Assembly: GCF_006345805.1 (NCBI RefSeq)
Contig: NW_021836393.1
Span: 1 to 24,396 of the forward strand
Length of the DNA stretch: 24,396 nt
Source of the DNA: Octopus sinensis
Taxonomy: Eukaryota
Reading direction: 5' to 3'
Shown here: positions 22,383-24,396 of the stretch, piece after piece
How positions within the stretch are numbered: the first letter of the stretch is position 1
Layout of the letters: each line of letters begins with the position of its first letter
Position numbers and translations under genes: made by a program
The notes under the pieces: generated by a model
Databases searched by the model: none
The model's input: the letters and a program-made list of their open reading frames with translations, nothing else
Told to the model about the DNA's origin: nothing

Positions 22383-22735
22383 TAAATTCGCGGGGTACTG
22401 CAGACTTCAATGGTCTCGTGTTGCCTCGCTCTTCGATCTAAGGGCTGCATATGTTAAATAGTTTTCCGTATGCGTTAATTTAACGAGTATGCCATTTTGG
22501 TTTGTCTGGTTATAGAGTTTAGTTCTTTTGGTGGTGTGTTTTGTCGTTTTGGACAAGCTTTGGGAAACAAATCCTGTCTCTTCTTTATAAAAAAACCAAT
22601 CGAGCATCAGCTTAGAAACCTGGGTTTAGTATATCATGCTTTTCTGCAGGATAGAAAGACTGCATGCAGAAATAATGTTTTGCAGAACCAATAACTGAGC
22701 ATTCAATACATGTTAATTAATAGAAGTATATAAGT

Positions 22736-22997
22736 GGAGGCGCGTGGCTTAGTGGTTAGGGTGTCAGCATCATGATCGTAAGATAGTGGTTTCGATTCCT
22801 GGACCGGGCGACGCGTTGTGTTCTTGAGCAAAATACTTCATTTCACGTTGCTCCAATCCACTCAGCTGGCAAAAATGAGTATCGCTGCGCTGGACTGGCG
22901 TCCCGTCCAGCTGGGGAACACATACGCCATAGAAACCGGGAAACTGGGCCCATGAGCCTGGCTAGGCTTTTAAAAATGGCGCATTTATTTTTATTTT
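22736..22997 (+). mobile_element. tRNA-derived CORE-type SINE (resembles octopus OR2-type)
   Basis: GGAGGCGCGTGGCTTAGTGG (A box), GTTTCGATTCC (B box), CORE-like ttgtgttcttgagcaaaatacttcatttc, and an (ATTT)n tail. Confidence 0.88.
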
Positions 22998-23499
22998 GAT
23001 ATATGTATATACACTTGTGTACGTCTATATATGAACTTATATGTGTACATGTATGTATACATGTATGCACATCTGAATACATGTATGCATATATGGACAA
23101 TACAATTCGAAAATAGTTAACATAAGAATACGTACGGTGTACTGAATGAAAATATATGTTTCATAGTCATCTGTTAAATATCAGATGTCTACTCGAGATT
23201 ATTTATATTTTTAGAGTTTAAACATTGTGGTTTGAGAGCTTTCTTTTATTTTTACGTAGATTTTGCGACTGGCAGCAGCAAATAAAATAAAGGAAACGAG
23301 GAAGGGAGGCAGGAACAAAGCAAGGATTTGATAACAAACAAAGACCACAAATAGCTCAGTATGTAGTGTACTGTTCTTTATTATCAGTTAAGGCGAGACA
23401 TGGTGACTATCTGAATATAGTTCCGTGTTGGACATTGATGAATAGTTTACCAGAACTGCGAATAAGAATTTTGCATCAGCTCTTCATATGGTTAAAATA

Positions 23500-23689
23500 T
23501 TCTCCTTCTCACTCTCTCTCTCTCTCCCTTCTCTCTCTCTCTCTCTCTCTCTATTTTCACTCTCCGAGCTTCTTCTATAACTTCTCTTCCTCACCACAAC
23601 ACATATACAGCCTATCTCTCCTATACCTTGTCTCACACATATACCTTGACATCTCTCACACATACAAGCTACCTTCACGCTCTTTGCTT

Positions 23690-23735
<46 letters not shown>

Positions 23736-24252
23736 TACTCTCTCTCTCTCTCCTCTCTCTCTCCTCTCTCTCTCTCGTCTCTCTCTCTCTCTCTCTCTCT
23801 CTGTGTACAAAGCAGTTTCTGGTAGTCTCTTCTCTTTCTCTGTTTCCCAGTCATATTTTCCCTCTCACTATCTCACATTACAACACTACTGTCTATTCGC
23901 TATATCTTTCTCCCTCAAATACCTTTTCTTCTTTCTCTTTCTCCGTCTCTTTTCTCTTTCTTTCCCTTGTTACAATTCATTATCTCTCAAACACCAGCAC
24001 TCTCTCCTTCCTTCCTCTTCTTTCTTCCTCTCACTTTCTATGTTTCATTCTCACCGTTTCTCCTACTTCTCTCTTTGGACAACAGTCTGTATAATTTCAT
24101 CTATTCGTCTTTTCTTCCCAATTTCCCAACACGCCTCTATCTCACGCGCACGTACACTCAGACACTCACACACACAACACACACACACACACACATACAC
24201 CACACCACACACACACACACACACAACACCACACACACACACCCACACACAC
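23500..24252. repeat. Polypyrimidine/(CT)n-rich tract followed by imperfect (CA)n
   Basis: Read directly; explains the SLSL/ERER/HTHT ORFs. Confidence 0.9.
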
Positions 24253-24396
24253 CAACTATATCTCCTGAATAGTTAGTGGCTCCGAATATTCTGTTCCTCT
24301 CTGAAAAGAGTAATCCTATGATCCAAATCATTCCCTATATGGCCATCCACATCTTTTTCATTGAACATAAAAATTCAAAACTATATAATCCATGTG

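Noticed and set aside
23366-24276. Longest ORFs (242 aa, 195 aa) with SLSL repeats
   Set aside because: Produced by a (CT)n/polypyrimidine tract and open in several frames at once.

Overview
AT-rich, repeat-saturated eukaryotic non-coding DNA (intronic or intergenic). The mix of SINE families and the microsatellite load suggest a coleoid cephalopod, probably Octopus; this is an inference from recalled repeat families and was not tested by search. No host protein-coding gene is supportable, and most ORFs in the track are microsatellite read-throughs. The window holds a 5'-truncated, frameshifted CR1-clade LINE (APE+RT, minus strand, ~494-3097), a 3' fragment of a second CR1-type LINE, three R4/Dong-like LINE fragments (restriction-like endonuclease), about eight tRNA-derived SINE copies or fragments, two mariner transposase tails, a Tc1-like TIR relic and a complete Tc2/pogo-type MITE. 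The most interesting signal is a set of non-coding repeats carrying type I hammerhead ribozyme (HHR) motifs of the short, palindromic-stem-III kind associated with Penelope-like elements. These include a split hammerhead with a ~135-nt microsatellite-containing insert in stem II, lying within a ~230-250-bp inverted repeat, and a perfect 60-bp palindrome whose loop is a hammerhead 3' half and whose arms begin 4 nt from the predicted cleavage site. A 3' motif (CATGGCC, hairpin, AAAC, short tandem tail) is shared by two LINEs and a SINE, pointing to a LINE-SINE partnership.
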